Notes under the pieces: generated by a model
Told to the model about the DNA's origin: nothing
The model's database searches: none
What the model saw: only the letters and a program-made list of their open reading frames with translations
Position numbers and translations under genes: made by a program
Origin: Candidatus Aminicenantes bacterium
GTDB lineage: Bacteria; Acidobacteriota; Aminicenantia; Aminicenantales; UBA8522
Direction: 5' to 3'
DNA length: 64,000 nt
Assembly (NCBI GenBank): GCA_963764885.1
Contig: CAVXUH010000007.1
Location: forward strand, 634,764 to 698,763
Shown: piece by piece, positions 1 through 10,514 of the stretch
Position numbering within the stretch: position 1 is the stretch's first letter
Layout of the letters: every line of letters starts with the position of its first letter

Positions 1-1
1 G

Positions 2-677
2 TGGAGCGACGGGTTCACCCTGGTCAACGGCGGCCTGAGATGCGAGTTCCGGCACCGGCCCTCGGTCGTTGTCCCGTTCATCCTGCCCGATGGGCCGGGG
101 GCCGCCGCCGCGCCGGTCAGGTACGGCCTTGGCCGGAAACCGGTTGTCAAAATCGCTTACTCAGGGACGCTCGACACCGAGCGGGGAGCCGACATTTTCC
201 TCGAAGCCGCGCGACCGGCTCCGGGAGAATCCGCGGCTCCACTTTTTTGTCTCCGGACAGGGACCCCTTCTCGCCCGCGTCCTCGAGCGGGCCGGGCACG
301 GCGGGAACCTCACCTATGCCGGCCTGCTGGGGGCGCGCGAGGTGCAGGCGCACCTCACGGAAATGGACATCCTCGTGAATCCCCAGAAGCTCTCCCATCC
401 GTTCGCCCGCTACTCTTTTCCGTCCAAGGTGATGCGGTATATCCTGCTGAACAAGCCGATCGTCTCCACCGCCTTTCCCGACATCTCGGACGTGCCGGCG
501 CCCGGACTCTATTTCTATGGGAATGACGACCCGGGCGACCTGGCACGCGTTCTGGCCGGGCTGGCGGAGCGGGAGATCGAGGTCGATTACCGGGCGCTTT
601 TCGACAAGTTCTCGGAAACGAGGACGAGAACGGGCCTTCAGGGACTTCTCCTGCGGCTGGCGGCGCCGCGGGCGTAA
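2..677 (+). CDS. GT1/GT4 glycosyltransferase, C-terminal domain (5' partial at window edge; apparent +/-1 frameshift near 205-215)
   Basis: Frame 2 reads VKIAYSGTLDTERGADIFLEAAR (GT4 C-domain start). Frame 0 continues NPRLHFFVSGQGPLLARVLE ... NLTYAGLL ... DILVNPQ, the typical GT1 C-terminal fold. The two halves are in different frames. Confidence 0.6.
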
Positions 678-1462
678 TTACTTCAACGGCTTGCCCGTCA
701 GTTCCTGATAATCGCGGGGTAGCAGCGATGGCCTCTTCCACAAGGGCCCGAGCGCCTTGGCGACCCGGTAGCGCGATAGGACCTTGAACAGCGGCCGCGA
801 TATCTTCTTCCGTGTCAGAAGATGGAACGCCCTGCCGTCGGAATAAAGATTAAGGCCGAGGCGGCGGGCCGCCTCCGCGAGCGCTCCTGACGAAAACAGC
901 GATACGTGCTGGCCGTGTTCGAGCGCGTAATACCACCAGTCACCGGGAGCCGGGGCCGGCGTCGGCAACAGGGCGGTCGAGAAAAGGATGCTGTCGGCGA
1001 GCTTGCAGCAGGACTTCGATCTCCTCCAGGGGCTTGACGAAATGTTCGAACACCTCGAGCGCCGTCACGAGCTCGAACCGGCCGGCCGAGGCGAGGTCGA
1101 CGGCGAACCCGGCGCGCGAACAGGTTCGGGCACTGCCTCTCGTAGAGCCGGAAATCGAAACCAAGGTCTCGCATCGTCCGGACGAACAGCCCGTAGCCGC
1201 CGCCGTAGTCGAGGAACCGGCCTTCGCTCTGGAAAAAGGCGCCGATCACGGCCCGGGACAGGACGGAGAAACCCTGGTTCCTGGCGACCAGGCCGAGGTC
1301 GGTCCGGGTGATCGCCTCCGCGTAGGCCTCGTCCAGCCAGTACGGCTCCTCGGTCTGGACGAACCCGCAGGCCGGGCAGCGGAAGTACTGGACATCGTGC
1401 CTGTCCAGCAATCTCGCCGTTCCGAACGGCGACGAGGGGGAGGCGCAGATCCTGCAGATCAT
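678..1462 (-). CDS. class I SAM-dependent methyltransferase with N-terminal Zn-ribbon (two apparent frameshifts near 1135 and 945)
   Basis: N-terminal CxxC...CPACG, then LDYGGGYGLF (motif I). EVFEHF (motif-post) and the C-terminal ...HVSLFSSGALAEAARRLGLNL lie in two other frames (ORFs 815..1462, 940..1164 and 678..968 joined). Confidence 0.55.
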
Positions 1463-1534
1463 TCCGGCTGATCGTAAATCACGACCCGACGCGAAGTCAA
1501 GGACACGGTCCGGCCGCCGGCAGTCCGACGGGGG

Positions 1535-2677
1535 TCACCGTCGTGACGCCGCTCGGGCGTAGGCACCGAGCAGCCGGGGGATGACGGTCTCCGCCCGGAA
1601 GCCGGCGGCCCGGGCGAGCCCCTGCCGGCGCCTGTCCTCGCGGATCTCGGTGCTGCCCGCGAGCTCCCGCATGGCCGCCGCGATCGACGGAACGTCGGCC
1701 GGGTTGAAGCCGGGGGCGGCGGTGCCGGCGAACTCCGCGACCGGGGGGATCCGCGAAGCGGCCACGGGCAGGCCGCAGGCCATGGCCTCGATCACAGGCA
1801 AGCCCCCGCCCTCGTAGAGCGAGGGAAAGACAAGCGCCGCGGCGGCCGAGTAAAGGAGCGGCAGCTCTTCTCTCTCCACCCGCTCCAGGAAGCGCACGTC
1901 GTTGTGCAGTCCGAGCTCCCGGGCGCGCTCCCGGACCTGACGCTCCGCGCCGCGGTCGTCGCCCCGGAAAACGAGCGGCCAGGCCGGGCCTTCCCGCCTA
2001 AGGGCGGCGTAGGCTTCAAGAAGGCGGAGGTGGTTCTTGTGAGGGTAGAAGTGGGCGACATAAAGCCAGAACCCGCCTGCTAGCCGATAACGCTCACGGA
2101 ACGCGGCGACTTCGCCCGGGTCCGCCGGCCGGAACTCGTCTCCCACGACCGGCGGGATGACGGCCAGGCGGGCCGGGTCGGTTCCCAGGATCCGGATCAG
2201 GTCCGCGGCCGTCGCTTCAGACATGGGGAGAATGACGCGCGCCTGACGAACGGCCTGCATTGTCAGGAACTTGAGGTAGAGGCGTTTGTTCCAGGAGTAC
2301 GGCGAAAGGCGCAGGTACGGCTGCAGGTCGTAGATCGTCACGACCGAAGGCGCCGGGCTGAACACCGCCTGGGTGCCGGCAAACCAGTGCAGGCAGTCCA
2401 GCCGATGCCGGCGGGCAAGGGCGTAGAACGCCGTGTTCTCGTAGGCGATGCGCCAGATCCGGACCGATGAGCGGATGTCGACCCGGACGCGCTCGAAGTT
2501 GGCCTGCGCGGGCACCAGGCTTTCACTCTCGCGGGCGACGAAGGCGATGAACGTGTCGGTGCGGTCGGCCCGGGCCAGGGCCTGAAGCAGTCCCTGGATA
2601 TAGTTCCAGGCGCCGGTGATCTCGGGAAGGGCGGGGAGGAGGTTGAGGCCGATGCGGAGGTTCGAGCTGCTGTTCAT
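1535..2677 (-). CDS. glycosyltransferase family 1 (GT4-like)
   Basis: Intact 380-aa ORF. The C-domain has the conserved E..PSLYEGGGLPVIEAMACGLPV motif of GT1 retaining transferases. Confidence 0.85.
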   Translation of the reverse strand: MNSSSNLRIGLNLLPALPEITGAWNYIQGLLQALARADRTDTFIAFVARESESLVPAQANFERVRVDIRSSVRIWRIAYENTAFYALARRHRLDCLHWFAGTQAVFSPAPSVVTIYDLQPYLRLSPYSWNKRLYLKFLTMQAVRQARVILPMSEATAADLIRILGTDPARLAVIPPVVGDEFRPADPGEVAAFRERYRLAGGFWLYVAHFYPHKNHLRLLEAYAALRREGPAWPLVFRGDDRGAERQVRERARELGLHNDVRFLERVEREELPLLYSAAAALVFPSLYEGGGLPVIEAMACGLPVAASRIPPVAEFAGTAAPGFNPADVPSIAAAMRELAGSTEIREDRRRQGLARAAGFRAETVIPRLLGAYARAASRR

Positions 2678-2681
2678 TCTT

Positions 2682-3821
2682 TCAGCTGTTGTCCTGGATC
2701 ACTGGGGCGGGCGGAGCCCCGCGCTGACCCGCGAAGAGCGGCTCGAGCGCCGCCCGAAAGCGCGAACAGGCCTTGTCCGCGCTGAACTCCTCGACGGCGG
2801 CGCGGCGGGCGTTCGCCCTGAACCTGGACAACTCCGCCGGCCGGTCCGCCATGCCCAGGATCGTCTCGGCGAGCCGGCCGGCATCATCCCAGGGGCAGAC
2901 GGCACCCACGTCGTACTTCGCGATGAGCGCGGCCAGGTCGCTGTCCGGGGAGGTGAGGGCGATGATGGCGCTCCCGGCCGCCAGGCTCGAATAGGCCTTG
3001 CTCGGGAGAGAAAGATGCTCCGTCCCAGGGACCTGGACGACGAGGGCGATATCCCCCGTGGCGAGCGAGAGAGGCAGCGTGTCATAATCCTGGGGGTCGA
3101 GGACGAGGACGTTATTCAACCGCCGCGCCGCGACCTCCCTTTCGAGCCCGGGCCGGCCCAGACCGTCCCCGATGAAGAGGAAACCGATCCGCCCGTCGTG
3201 TCGCAACCGGCCGGCCGCCTCGACCACAGGCGTCAAGGCGTGGGTCGCGCCCATATTGCCCGAGTAGAGGACCGTGATCTTGCCCGCCTGGCCGTGCCGG
3301 ACGGCGAAAGCGTTGCGGGCCTTCGGGACGGGCGCGATGATGTCGGTCTCCTCCCACATCGGCGTCACCTTCAAGCGGTGTTTGAGCGGGGCGGGCCGGG
3401 CTTCGTCGATGAGCCTGCCGGCCATGCGGTCGCTCAACGTCATGACGACATCGGCCCGCCTGAGGGCCGTCCGTCCCAGCGCCCCCCAGGCCTTGACCAT
3501 GGGGTTCCTGGCCCCGAGCCAGCCCATCCTTACCACGTGGTCCGGGTAGATGTCCCAGACGAGAAGCCCGTAGTGGAGGCCACGCAGCGACCTCAAGAGG
3601 AGGGCGATGACCGGCATCGATGGCGGATTGGTCACCGCCAAAAGAAACGGCCGGCCCCGCACCCGCCAGAGCCGCGCCAGCGCGACGATGGAGAACTTCG
3701 CCCAGGACAGCGCCCGGCGCCCCGGCCCGCGGCGGTCGTAGGCCGGCGCCCGCACCACGCACAGGCTGCCGCTTCCCTCCGAATGCGGCATGCCGGTGAG
3801 GAGGAGGCAGGGGCCGAGCAC
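2682..3821 (-). CDS. glycosyltransferase family 1 (WcaI-like GT4); the true start may lie upstream near 3890 at a non-ATG codon
   Basis: 379-aa ORF with VLYSGNMGATHAL ... LSLPSKAYSSLAAGSAIIA (GT4 C-domain). The in-frame N-terminal extension (LTYRWIVANQSESPAFERL...) is also GT-like. Confidence 0.8.
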   Translation of the reverse strand: MLGPCLLLTGMPHSEGSGSLCVVRAPAYDRRGPGRRALSWAKFSIVALARLWRVRGRPFLLAVTNPPSMPVIALLLRSLRGLHYGLLVWDIYPDHVVRMGWLGARNPMVKAWGALGRTALRRADVVMTLSDRMAGRLIDEARPAPLKHRLKVTPMWEETDIIAPVPKARNAFAVRHGQAGKITVLYSGNMGATHALTPVVEAAGRLRHDGRIGFLFIGDGLGRPGLEREVAARRLNNVLVLDPQDYDTLPLSLATGDIALVVQVPGTEHLSLPSKAYSSLAAGSAIIALTSPDSDLAALIAKYDVGAVCPWDDAGRLAETILGMADRPAELSRFRANARRAAVEEFSADKACSRFRAALEPLFAGQRGAPPAPVIQDNS

Positions 3822-4032
3822 CCTCGAGAGCCTGTCGATCAGCCGCTCGAAGGCAGGGCTCTCGGATTGATTGGCGACGATCCAACGGTAAGTTAAGGGT
3901 GATGTTGCTCAATCCGGAATCCTTGCCCGCGCTTGCCCGGCTGGCGCCGGTGTCACGAGGGAACAAATCATAGCACGTTCATGGGAATCGTGCTACGCGG
4001 CTCCGCCGATGCAGTAACGGGAGTCCTTGACC

Positions 4033-5137
4033 CTAGAGGCTCGCGCCGGGGCCGTATTTCTTCAGGTACTCCCTGAAGAAAGCCAGCGGGGTGAAGATGA
4101 GGAGGCCGACGATCCCGGCCACCAGGACGATGAACGGCTTTTTGGGGGAAACGGGATAGACCGAGGGCGTGGGCTCTTTGATGAGCTGGGCGTAATCGAC
4201 CCTGGCCTTCTTTTCTTTATTCAGGCTGATCACGCTCTCCAGGTTCTCGATCTCGCTTTTCAGCCGGTTGATCTGGGTGGCCAACTGCTTTGTCTGTTGC
4301 TCCGCCCTCTTCATGGCCAGCCGGTAATCCTCCTGCGCCATCTTCTCGATGCTCAGCTTTTCGCCCAGCTGGTCATAATAACGCAGGTTCTGTTGGACCT
4401 CGCTCGAGTAAAGAAGAAGCCCGATGGCCGTGGCGCCCTCGGGCTGCGCCTTGAGCACCTCCGTTTGTTGGGCCGTCGAGGGCGTCGACCCGCTTCCTGA
4501 CGGATTTCATCCCTTCGACGATGCCCACGACTTTTTCCTCCGAGATCTTGAGCTTGTTCGCCGCGGACTGCATCTCCTCCAGGTTCTTGACTTTTTCGAT
4601 CTCGAGGGACTGGATGTCCAGGTTCTTCTTGTTGATCTCGTATTCGTTGGTCTTGACATCGGCGTCGATGGACTTGATCTCGACGTCGATCTTCCTGTTG
4701 AAGTCTTTTTCCAGGAGCTTGAAGAGGGCCAGCAGGATGGCGTTTCCCTCGTTGATATCGCCGTCCCGGAGCGACACCCGGATGAGCTGCGTGTCCCTCA
4801 GGTTCTCGGCGCGCAGGCGCGGAAACCCGGCGATGTCGATCTTCAGCATGGTGGCGAGCAGCCGGTCGTACGACTTCTGGTTGATCTGGCCGGCGACCTG
4901 CTTGGGGTCCGAGACCACGACCTCCTGGAAGTTGCCCTGCTGGTTCTCCGCGAAGATCATGCTCGGCCGGATGATGGTGTCGATCTCGTATTTTTTCGGG
5001 ATGGTGAAACTGGCCAGACCCGCCAGCACCGCCAGGGCGAACGACGGCACGAGGATCTGCCACTTTCGTTTCCAGGCGACCAGCAGGAAATCCATCAAGC
5101 CAGGCTCTTGTCCGTTCATGCGGTCCTCACAGATCAC
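4033..5137 (-). CDS. polysaccharide chain-length determinant (Wzz/PCP family) with apparent frameshift near 4460-4500
   Basis: N-terminal TM helix, a long coiled-coil periplasmic region and a C-terminal TM helix (FIVLVAGIVGLLIFTPLAFF), split over ORFs 4373..5137 and 4033..4458. Confidence 0.65.
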
Positions 5138-5206
5138 ACCGGGTTCACATCGCCAGCTATTCTTCCCTTTTTCCCGGCATTTTTCAAGCTCCCGTCGCCC
5201 GTCGCG

Positions 5207-6439
5207 CTATCCCCGGCGCGGGCGGGCGGCCTGGAGGAGGAGCGCCTCGTGCCGGCCGACGAGGGCGGCGCGGGAGTACTTCGCGAGATGGGCGCGGCGG
5301 CCGTTCCCGCCCAGGGCGCGCCTTTCGGCCTCGGGCATCGCCCGGAGCGCCCGGACGGCGCCGGCCAGGGCGGCGGCGTCCTCGGGCGGGCAGGCCACGC
5401 CCGGCCCCCGCCTCCCGGACGATGTCCGCCGCGTCGCCGGCGACCGCGCAGAGGATCGGGCGTCCGCAAGCCAGGTAAGCGTATGTCTTTCCCGGGACGG
5501 TGATCTCGAACAGCGGGTCGCGGCGAAGGTGCATGAAGACGACATCGGCCAGCGCGAAAAACGCCGGCATGAGCGGCTCGGGCTGCCAGCCGAGGAACCT
5601 CACGTTGGCGAGTCCCAGCGCCGCCGCCCGGGCGCGGAGCCGCTTCTCCTCGACGCCCGCGCCGATCAGCACGAACTGCACATCGGGGAGATCGCGGAGC
5701 CGGCCCGCCGCCTCGAGCAGCGTATCCAGGGCTTGGGCCGCGCCGATGTTCCCTCCGTAGATAACGTTGAACCGCCCGGCCAGGCCGTGGCAGACCGCGA
5801 GCTCTTCGTCTTTCGGGACGGGGCGGTAGATCTCCTCGTCCGCCCAGTTCGGGATGAAATGGACCTTGCTCCTCCGGCACGCCTTTCGCTATCAGGAGGC
5901 GCCTGTACCCCGGCGAGACGACGGTGATGGACGGCGCCGACCGGTAGACGAAACGGCCGAGGCGTTCGAGCCAGCGGACGAAGCGCCCGCTTCTCAGGAT
6001 GTCCGTGGCGGCGACCGTCTCCGGCCACATGTCGTGGATGTTGAAGACGAACGGTATGCCGCGCCAGGCCCCCGTCCACCAGGCCGGAATGCCGATCGTC
6101 AGCGGCGCGCGAGTAAACCCACATGGCGTCGGCCGGCCCGCTCAGGAACGGCCCGAGGAGCGAGGCCGAGGCCGCGAAGCTGAGATAATTCAGGGAACGC
6201 CGCACGGCGGAGCGGCTGTGGTCCGGGTAGAGCGGCACCCGGATGACCTCGAGGCCGTCGAGCGACGTCCTCTTCCACGGCCGCTGCCGCCAGCCAGGAT
6301 AGATGCGCCCCTGAGGATAATTAGGGAAACCGGTCAAAACCCGGACTCGGTGCCCGCGGGCCGTCAGGTCGCGGCCCAGGGCATGGATCTTCGGGTCGGG
6401 CTCCGGCGGGTAGTACTGCGAGAGGACGAGGATTCTCAT
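5207..6439 (-). CDS. GT4 glycosyltransferase (WcaI-like) disrupted by at least three frameshifts
   Basis: N-terminus MRILVLSQYYPPEP...RGHRVRVLT (6439 to about 6110). Middle VSPGYRRLLIAKGV and C-domain FNVIYGGNIGAAQALDTLLEAA...ITVPGKTYAYLACGRPIL plus the tail each sit in different frames (ORFs 5666..6439, 5134..6030, 5184..5681, 5207..5545). Confidence 0.6.
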
Positions 6440-6451
6440 GGCCCGCGGCCG

Positions 6452-7558
6452 TCAGGACTTGCTCGATCCCGTCCGGGATGGGCCGCTCAACCCCATGAGG
6501 ATCTTGACGACGATATCGCTCACGTTCGGCGCGAGGTACTCCCGGGGGATGCGCCAGTCCGGCTCCCGGCTGAGCACGGCCTCGACGCACCTCAGGACGG
6601 TCCCGGGGTCGGCGCCGCTCAGGACGCTGCTCCCGCACTCGACGGTCTCCGGCCGCTCGGTGGCGTCCCGCAGGGTGACGTTGGGCACCCGCAAGATGCA
6701 GCACTCCTCCTGGACCGTGCCGCTGTCGCTCAGCACGCAGCGGGCGTTCCCTTCGAGCGCGATGAAATCGAAGAAACCGAACGGCGGCAGGAACCTGATC
6801 TCCTTGTTCCTCACCCGCAGCCCGGACTCCTTGAGTCGCAGGCGGGTCCGGGGATGGGTGCTGACGATGACCGGGACGGCATACTTTTTCTGCACCCGTT
6901 CCAGGGCGCCGAGCAGGGACTTCAGGCGGGCCGGGACGTCCACGTTCTCTTGCCGGTGCATCGTGACCAGGAAATAGCTTTTCGGGCGCAGCCCGAGCGC
7001 GGCCAGGGCCTTGGACTTCGCGATCTTCGGCCGCTGGCTCTCGACGACCTCGTAGATCGGGTTCCCGGTCACGAGGATCCTGTCCCCGGGTATGCCCTCG
7101 CGGAGCAGGTTCAGCCGGGAGCGCTCCGTGTAGGGGAGGAGGACGTCGCTCGAGTGGTCGATGACCCGGCGGTTCACCTCCTCGGGGGCCCTGTCGTCGA
7201 AGCTCCGGTTGCCCGCCTCCATGTGGTAGACGGGGATGTGGAGACGCTTGGCGACGACGGCGGCCAGGCTGCTGTTCGTGTCGCCCAGGACGAGGAAGCG
7301 GTCGGGCATCTCGGCGTTCAGGATGGGCTCGATCTTCGACAGGATCACGGCCAGCTGCTCCCCGAACGTGCCCCGCGCGCCGAGAGAATGGTCGGGAGAC
7401 CGGACGCCCAGCTGTTCGAAAAATATCTCGCTCAAGTTGGCGTCGTAGTTCTGCCCGGTGTGGACGATCACCTGTTGCCCGAGCGCGTCCAGTTTCCCGA
7501 TGATGCGGCTCAGCCGGATGATCTCCGGCCGCGTGCCCAGGATGGTCAGGATCTTCAT
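6452..7558 (-). CDS. wecB: UDP-N-acetylglucosamine 2-epimerase (non-hydrolysing)
   Basis: Intact 368-aa ORF. MKILTILGTRPEIIRL, HTGQNYD and LVLGDTNSSLAAVVA are hallmarks of the WecB/MnaA family. Confidence 0.9.
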   Translation of the reverse strand: MKILTILGTRPEIIRLSRIIGKLDALGQQVIVHTGQNYDANLSEIFFEQLGVRSPDHSLGARGTFGEQLAVILSKIEPILNAEMPDRFLVLGDTNSSLAAVVAKRLHIPVYHMEAGNRSFDDRAPEEVNRRVIDHSSDVLLPYTERSRLNLLREGIPGDRILVTGNPIYEVVESQRPKIAKSKALAALGLRPKSYFLVTMHRQENVDVPARLKSLLGALERVQKKYAVPVIVSTHPRTRLRLKESGLRVRNKEIRFLPPFGFFDFIALEGNARCVLSDSGTVQEECCILRVPNVTLRDATERPETVECGSSVLSGADPGTVLRCVEAVLSREPDWRIPREYLAPNVSDIVVKILMGLSGPSRTGSSKS

Positions 7559-7568
7559 CGGTCTCCCC

Positions 7569-8507
7569 CTAAGCCTCCGAGGCCAGGCTCCCCAGGCGGT
7601 AATCGAAGGCCGCGAGCTCCGCGACCATATCGGCGACGGACGGCGGGGCGGCGTACCCGGCCCCCCGCCACAGCCCGGCGTTGGCTTCGGGGTCCTCCGT
7701 GGCCAGCGTCCGGTCGATGACGGCGCCGGCCTCGCGCGGCTCGATCACGATGTCGGGGCGCCGGAAGTGGGCGGCGAACAAGCCGAGGAGCTCGCGTTTG
7801 GTGACAGAGCCGGCGGGGACGACGTGGCGGAGCCCCGAGATCCGGGAATCCCCCGCGATCAGGCCGCGGCAGATCCTGGCGAAGCTGAGGGTGGTCAGGC
7901 CGTTCCAGCGGTGGTTGACGTAGCCGGGGACCGTGGCGCCCGCCTCCCGGCTCAGGAACCAGCCGAGGAGCGACCGGTGCGGCCGCGGCTCCGGCCCCAC
8001 CAAGGAGCAGCGGAGATGGAGGACGTCGGGGGCTCTGACCTCGCCCAGGCTCTTCGTCTTGCCGTAAACGTCCGTGGGGTCGTGAGCGTCCTTCTCCGTG
8101 TAGCGCCCCTTTTCACCCGAGTAAACGCAGTCGGTCGCGACCTGGATGACCCGGGCGCCCGCCAACCGGGCCCGCTTCGCCAGCTCGTGCGGCCAGAGGG
8201 CGTTGACCCGGATCGCCCTCTCGACTTCCCCGGCGTTGTCGTCGCGGATGAGCGGCTTGACGATGCCAATCGCGTTCACCACCCAGGCCTGGCCCTCGAG
8301 GACCGACGGCCCGTCCGGCGCGGCGGCCTCGACGGCGTCGTAGAGTTCCCACCGGATACCCGGGATCAGGCGCCGGCCCCGGGCGAGGTACTCCGGGCTC
8401 CTGACCGCGGCCGTGAGCTCGAGCCCGGCGTCCCGGGCGAGATAGTCGGCGGCCATCGACCCCAGCATGCCGGAGGCGCCGAGGACGAGGACCCGGGTCG
8501 GGCTCAT
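7569..8507 (-). CDS. dTDP-4-dehydrorhamnose reductase family protein (RmlD-like SDR)
   Basis: N-terminal GxxGxxG (LVLGASGMLG) and ATDCVYSG...DVYGKTKSLGE, matching the RmlD substrate-binding domain pattern STDYVF...YGKTKLAGE. 4-nt overlap with the next gene. Confidence 0.75.
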   Translation of the reverse strand: MSPTRVLVLGASGMLGSMAADYLARDAGLELTAAVRSPEYLARGRRLIPGIRWELYDAVEAAAPDGPSVLEGQAWVVNAIGIVKPLIRDDNAGEVERAIRVNALWPHELAKRARLAGARVIQVATDCVYSGEKGRYTEKDAHDPTDVYGKTKSLGEVRAPDVLHLRCSLVGPEPRPHRSLLGWFLSREAGATVPGYVNHRWNGLTTLSFARICRGLIAGDSRISGLRHVVPAGSVTKRELLGLFAAHFRRPDIVIEPREAGAVIDRTLATEDPEANAGLWRGAGYAAPPSVADMVAELAAFDYRLGSLASEA

Positions 8508-9037
8508 CTCTCCACGACTTTCCAGATGTCCCAGAGGCGGGCGTCGTACCGGATGTCGTCCGCCCGGCTTTCCTCGATTGTCGCCGTCGAGAAAAAGCCG
8601 AGGAGCGTATCGGCCGTGAGCGACATGAACCCGTTGGCATAGCCCGCCGGGATGAAGAGGACGGCCGGCTGGGCCGCGGACAGGACGAACCGGCGGACGG
8701 GCGCCGCCGGCGAGGGACTGTCCCAGTTGTCGATCTTCACCGCGCCGACGACCGCCGCGCCCCGCAGGACCGTGACGTGCTTGGCCTCCCGGCGGTGGGC
8801 GTGCCAGGCCCGGACGCAGCCGGCGGCGTGGTTCGATACCGTGTAGAAACGCTTGACGCCCGCGAACGTGAATTCGTTGACGAACCCGACGGCGCCGCGG
8901 TCGTCCACGGACAGCCCGCCGCTGATCACCCGGGGCTCGGCCGCCGGCTGGCTTTTAGGCATCTCGATCTCCTGTGTGGATTTTCCGGCAACCTCCGGCA
9001 GTGGCAAATTATGTATCGGGGAGGTCTTTTCTGTCAA
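8504..9037 (-). CDS. cupin-fold sugar nucleotide epimerase/3,4-ketoisomerase (RmlC/FdtA/WxcM-like)
   Basis: About 170 aa with the DDRG...RFYTV...GCVRAWHAHRREAKHVTVLRGAAVV cupin signature. Operonic with the RmlD-like gene. Probable start at an internal Met near 8960. Confidence 0.6.
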   Translation of the reverse strand: MTEKTSPIHNLPLPEVAGKSTQEIEMPKSQPAAEPRVISGGLSVDDRGAVGFVNEFTFAGVKRFYTVSNHAAGCVRAWHAHRREAKHVTVLRGAAVVGAVKIDNWDSPSPAAPVRRFVLSAAQPAVLFIPAGYANGFMSLTADTLLGFFSTATIEESRADDIRYDARLWDIWKVVER

Positions 9038-9102
9038 CGCGGCCCGCCTCCCGCGCGCGACGGCCTCGGACTCCGCGGCCGTAACTTCTCTTACAAGGGA
9101 AA

Positions 9103-10412
9103 TGGTATATAATTATGACGCTGAGGCTCATTTGTCCAAAAATCACAGTTGGCTTCTCCCGGCGGCCGCTGCCCTGCTCGCGGTCATCCTGTCTCCCGGC
9201 CTGCGGTCCGCCCAGGAAAAGGAAATGCGCGCGCCCGTCCCGAAGGACGACTCGGACCTGCGGGCGGCCCGGCGCAAGACGCCGCCGCCCGCCAATTGCC
9301 CGCCCGGCTATCGCGGGGTCCTCCTGGCCGACCTCAACCCCAAGAACGCTTACAAGGATGAAGTCGTCGCGGACCTCGGGCCCCTGGGCCTCTGGGTTTA
9401 CGAGCAGATGACCTGGACCCAGATCTCGGGGGTCGATCCCGACTGGGTCATGGCTGCCTCGCTGGGCGGCCCGCCGAAAAAGGAGTTGATCGTCGACCTG
9501 GGCGCCAAAGGCCTCTGGAAATGGTCGCACGACGGCTACCCGGGCGACTGGACCCAGATCTCGGGCGGTGACGCCCGGTGGGCGATCGCCCTGGATGATG
9601 ACAACGACAAGCGGCAGGAGGTCCACGTCGTTTTCGAAAAGCCCCCGGGCGTCTGGCGATATGATGAAGCCGCAGGTAAGCGGGCCTGGAAGCAGATCTC
9701 GCCCTTCAGCCCGTACTCGGGACTGCGGACGGCGATCGAACCGGGCGGTCCGGAAAAAGGGGCCTTTCTTTTCCCGGGCATGGGCGTCTGGACGATTTCC
9801 TTTGCCGGCGGGGAGGTCCAGGCCGAGCGGCTCAGCGGCACGGAGACCGACTCCGACGATTGCGCTTCGGCCAGGTTTCTGGGGGCGGACGCCGAAGACC
9901 TGATCGTTGATTTCGGGGCCAAGGGATTGTGGCTCTGCGAGAACACGAAGCTCGACTGGCACCAGATCGGGAGCCGCAGCCCCGACCGGGTGTTGCCGGC
10001 GCGGTTCGGCCGCGGGGTGGAGCGGCTGCTGATCGACCTTAACGGAGACGAGGGGCTCTATTTTTGGACCTTCAGCGGCTACCCCGGCAGACTGGTGAAG
10101 ATCCACCCCGCCGACCCCGACGCCGGTTTTTGCCAGGCGTTTGAAGCCGACGGCACCGACAGGAAAAACAACGATCAGGAGCTGGCCGTCGATTTCGGGA
10201 AAAGCGGCCTGTGGACCTATGACTATGACCGGAAATCCTGGGCCCTCATCAACACCAAGAACCCCGTCTTCATGGCGGCCGGCGATTACTGGGGCCTGGG
10301 GTTCGATTCGACACTGGCCGTGAGCTTCGGGACAGACGGGCTGTGGCTGTACGAAGCGAAAAGCGGCGGCTGGTACCAGATCTCCGCCAACGCCCCCGAT
10401 TGCGGGCTTTGA
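9103..10412 (+). CDS. secreted beta-propeller repeat protein (41-aa DFGxxGLW...WTQISG blades), paralog A
   Basis: Sec signal (LLPAAAALLAVILSPGL), then repeated blades DLGPLGLWVYEQMTWTQISG, DLGAKGLWKW...WTQISG, DFGAKGLWLC..., DFGKSGLWTY..., SFGTDGLWLY.... Start uncertain (ATG about 9103 or TTG about 9133). Confidence 0.7.
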
Positions 10413-10514
10413 TCCTCAGGACCGCCGGTTTCTTTGGCAGTTGGCCCAAAAAAGAAAGGGCGCCCGGAGCATCATTTCCGGGCGCCCGATCCGCTCGATC
10501 AAAAAGCCTAAAGC

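Noticed and set aside
2616-3966. Overlapping 426-aa (plus) and 284-aa (minus) ORFs in the WcaI-like GT region
   Set aside because: Alternative-frame or antisense ORFs of a GT gene with clear GT4 motifs. Compositionally biased.
3890-4030. 7-bp-stem hairpin TAGCACG...CGTGCTA between the Wzz and GT genes
   Set aside because: Short stem and weak T-tract. It could be a terminator or attenuator, but the sequence alone does not support a confident call.
5999-7720. 573-aa plus-strand ORF across the wecB and GT4 region
   Set aside because: Antisense to intact wecB. The composition (Pro/Arg/Gly/Asp-rich) is typical of shadow ORFs.
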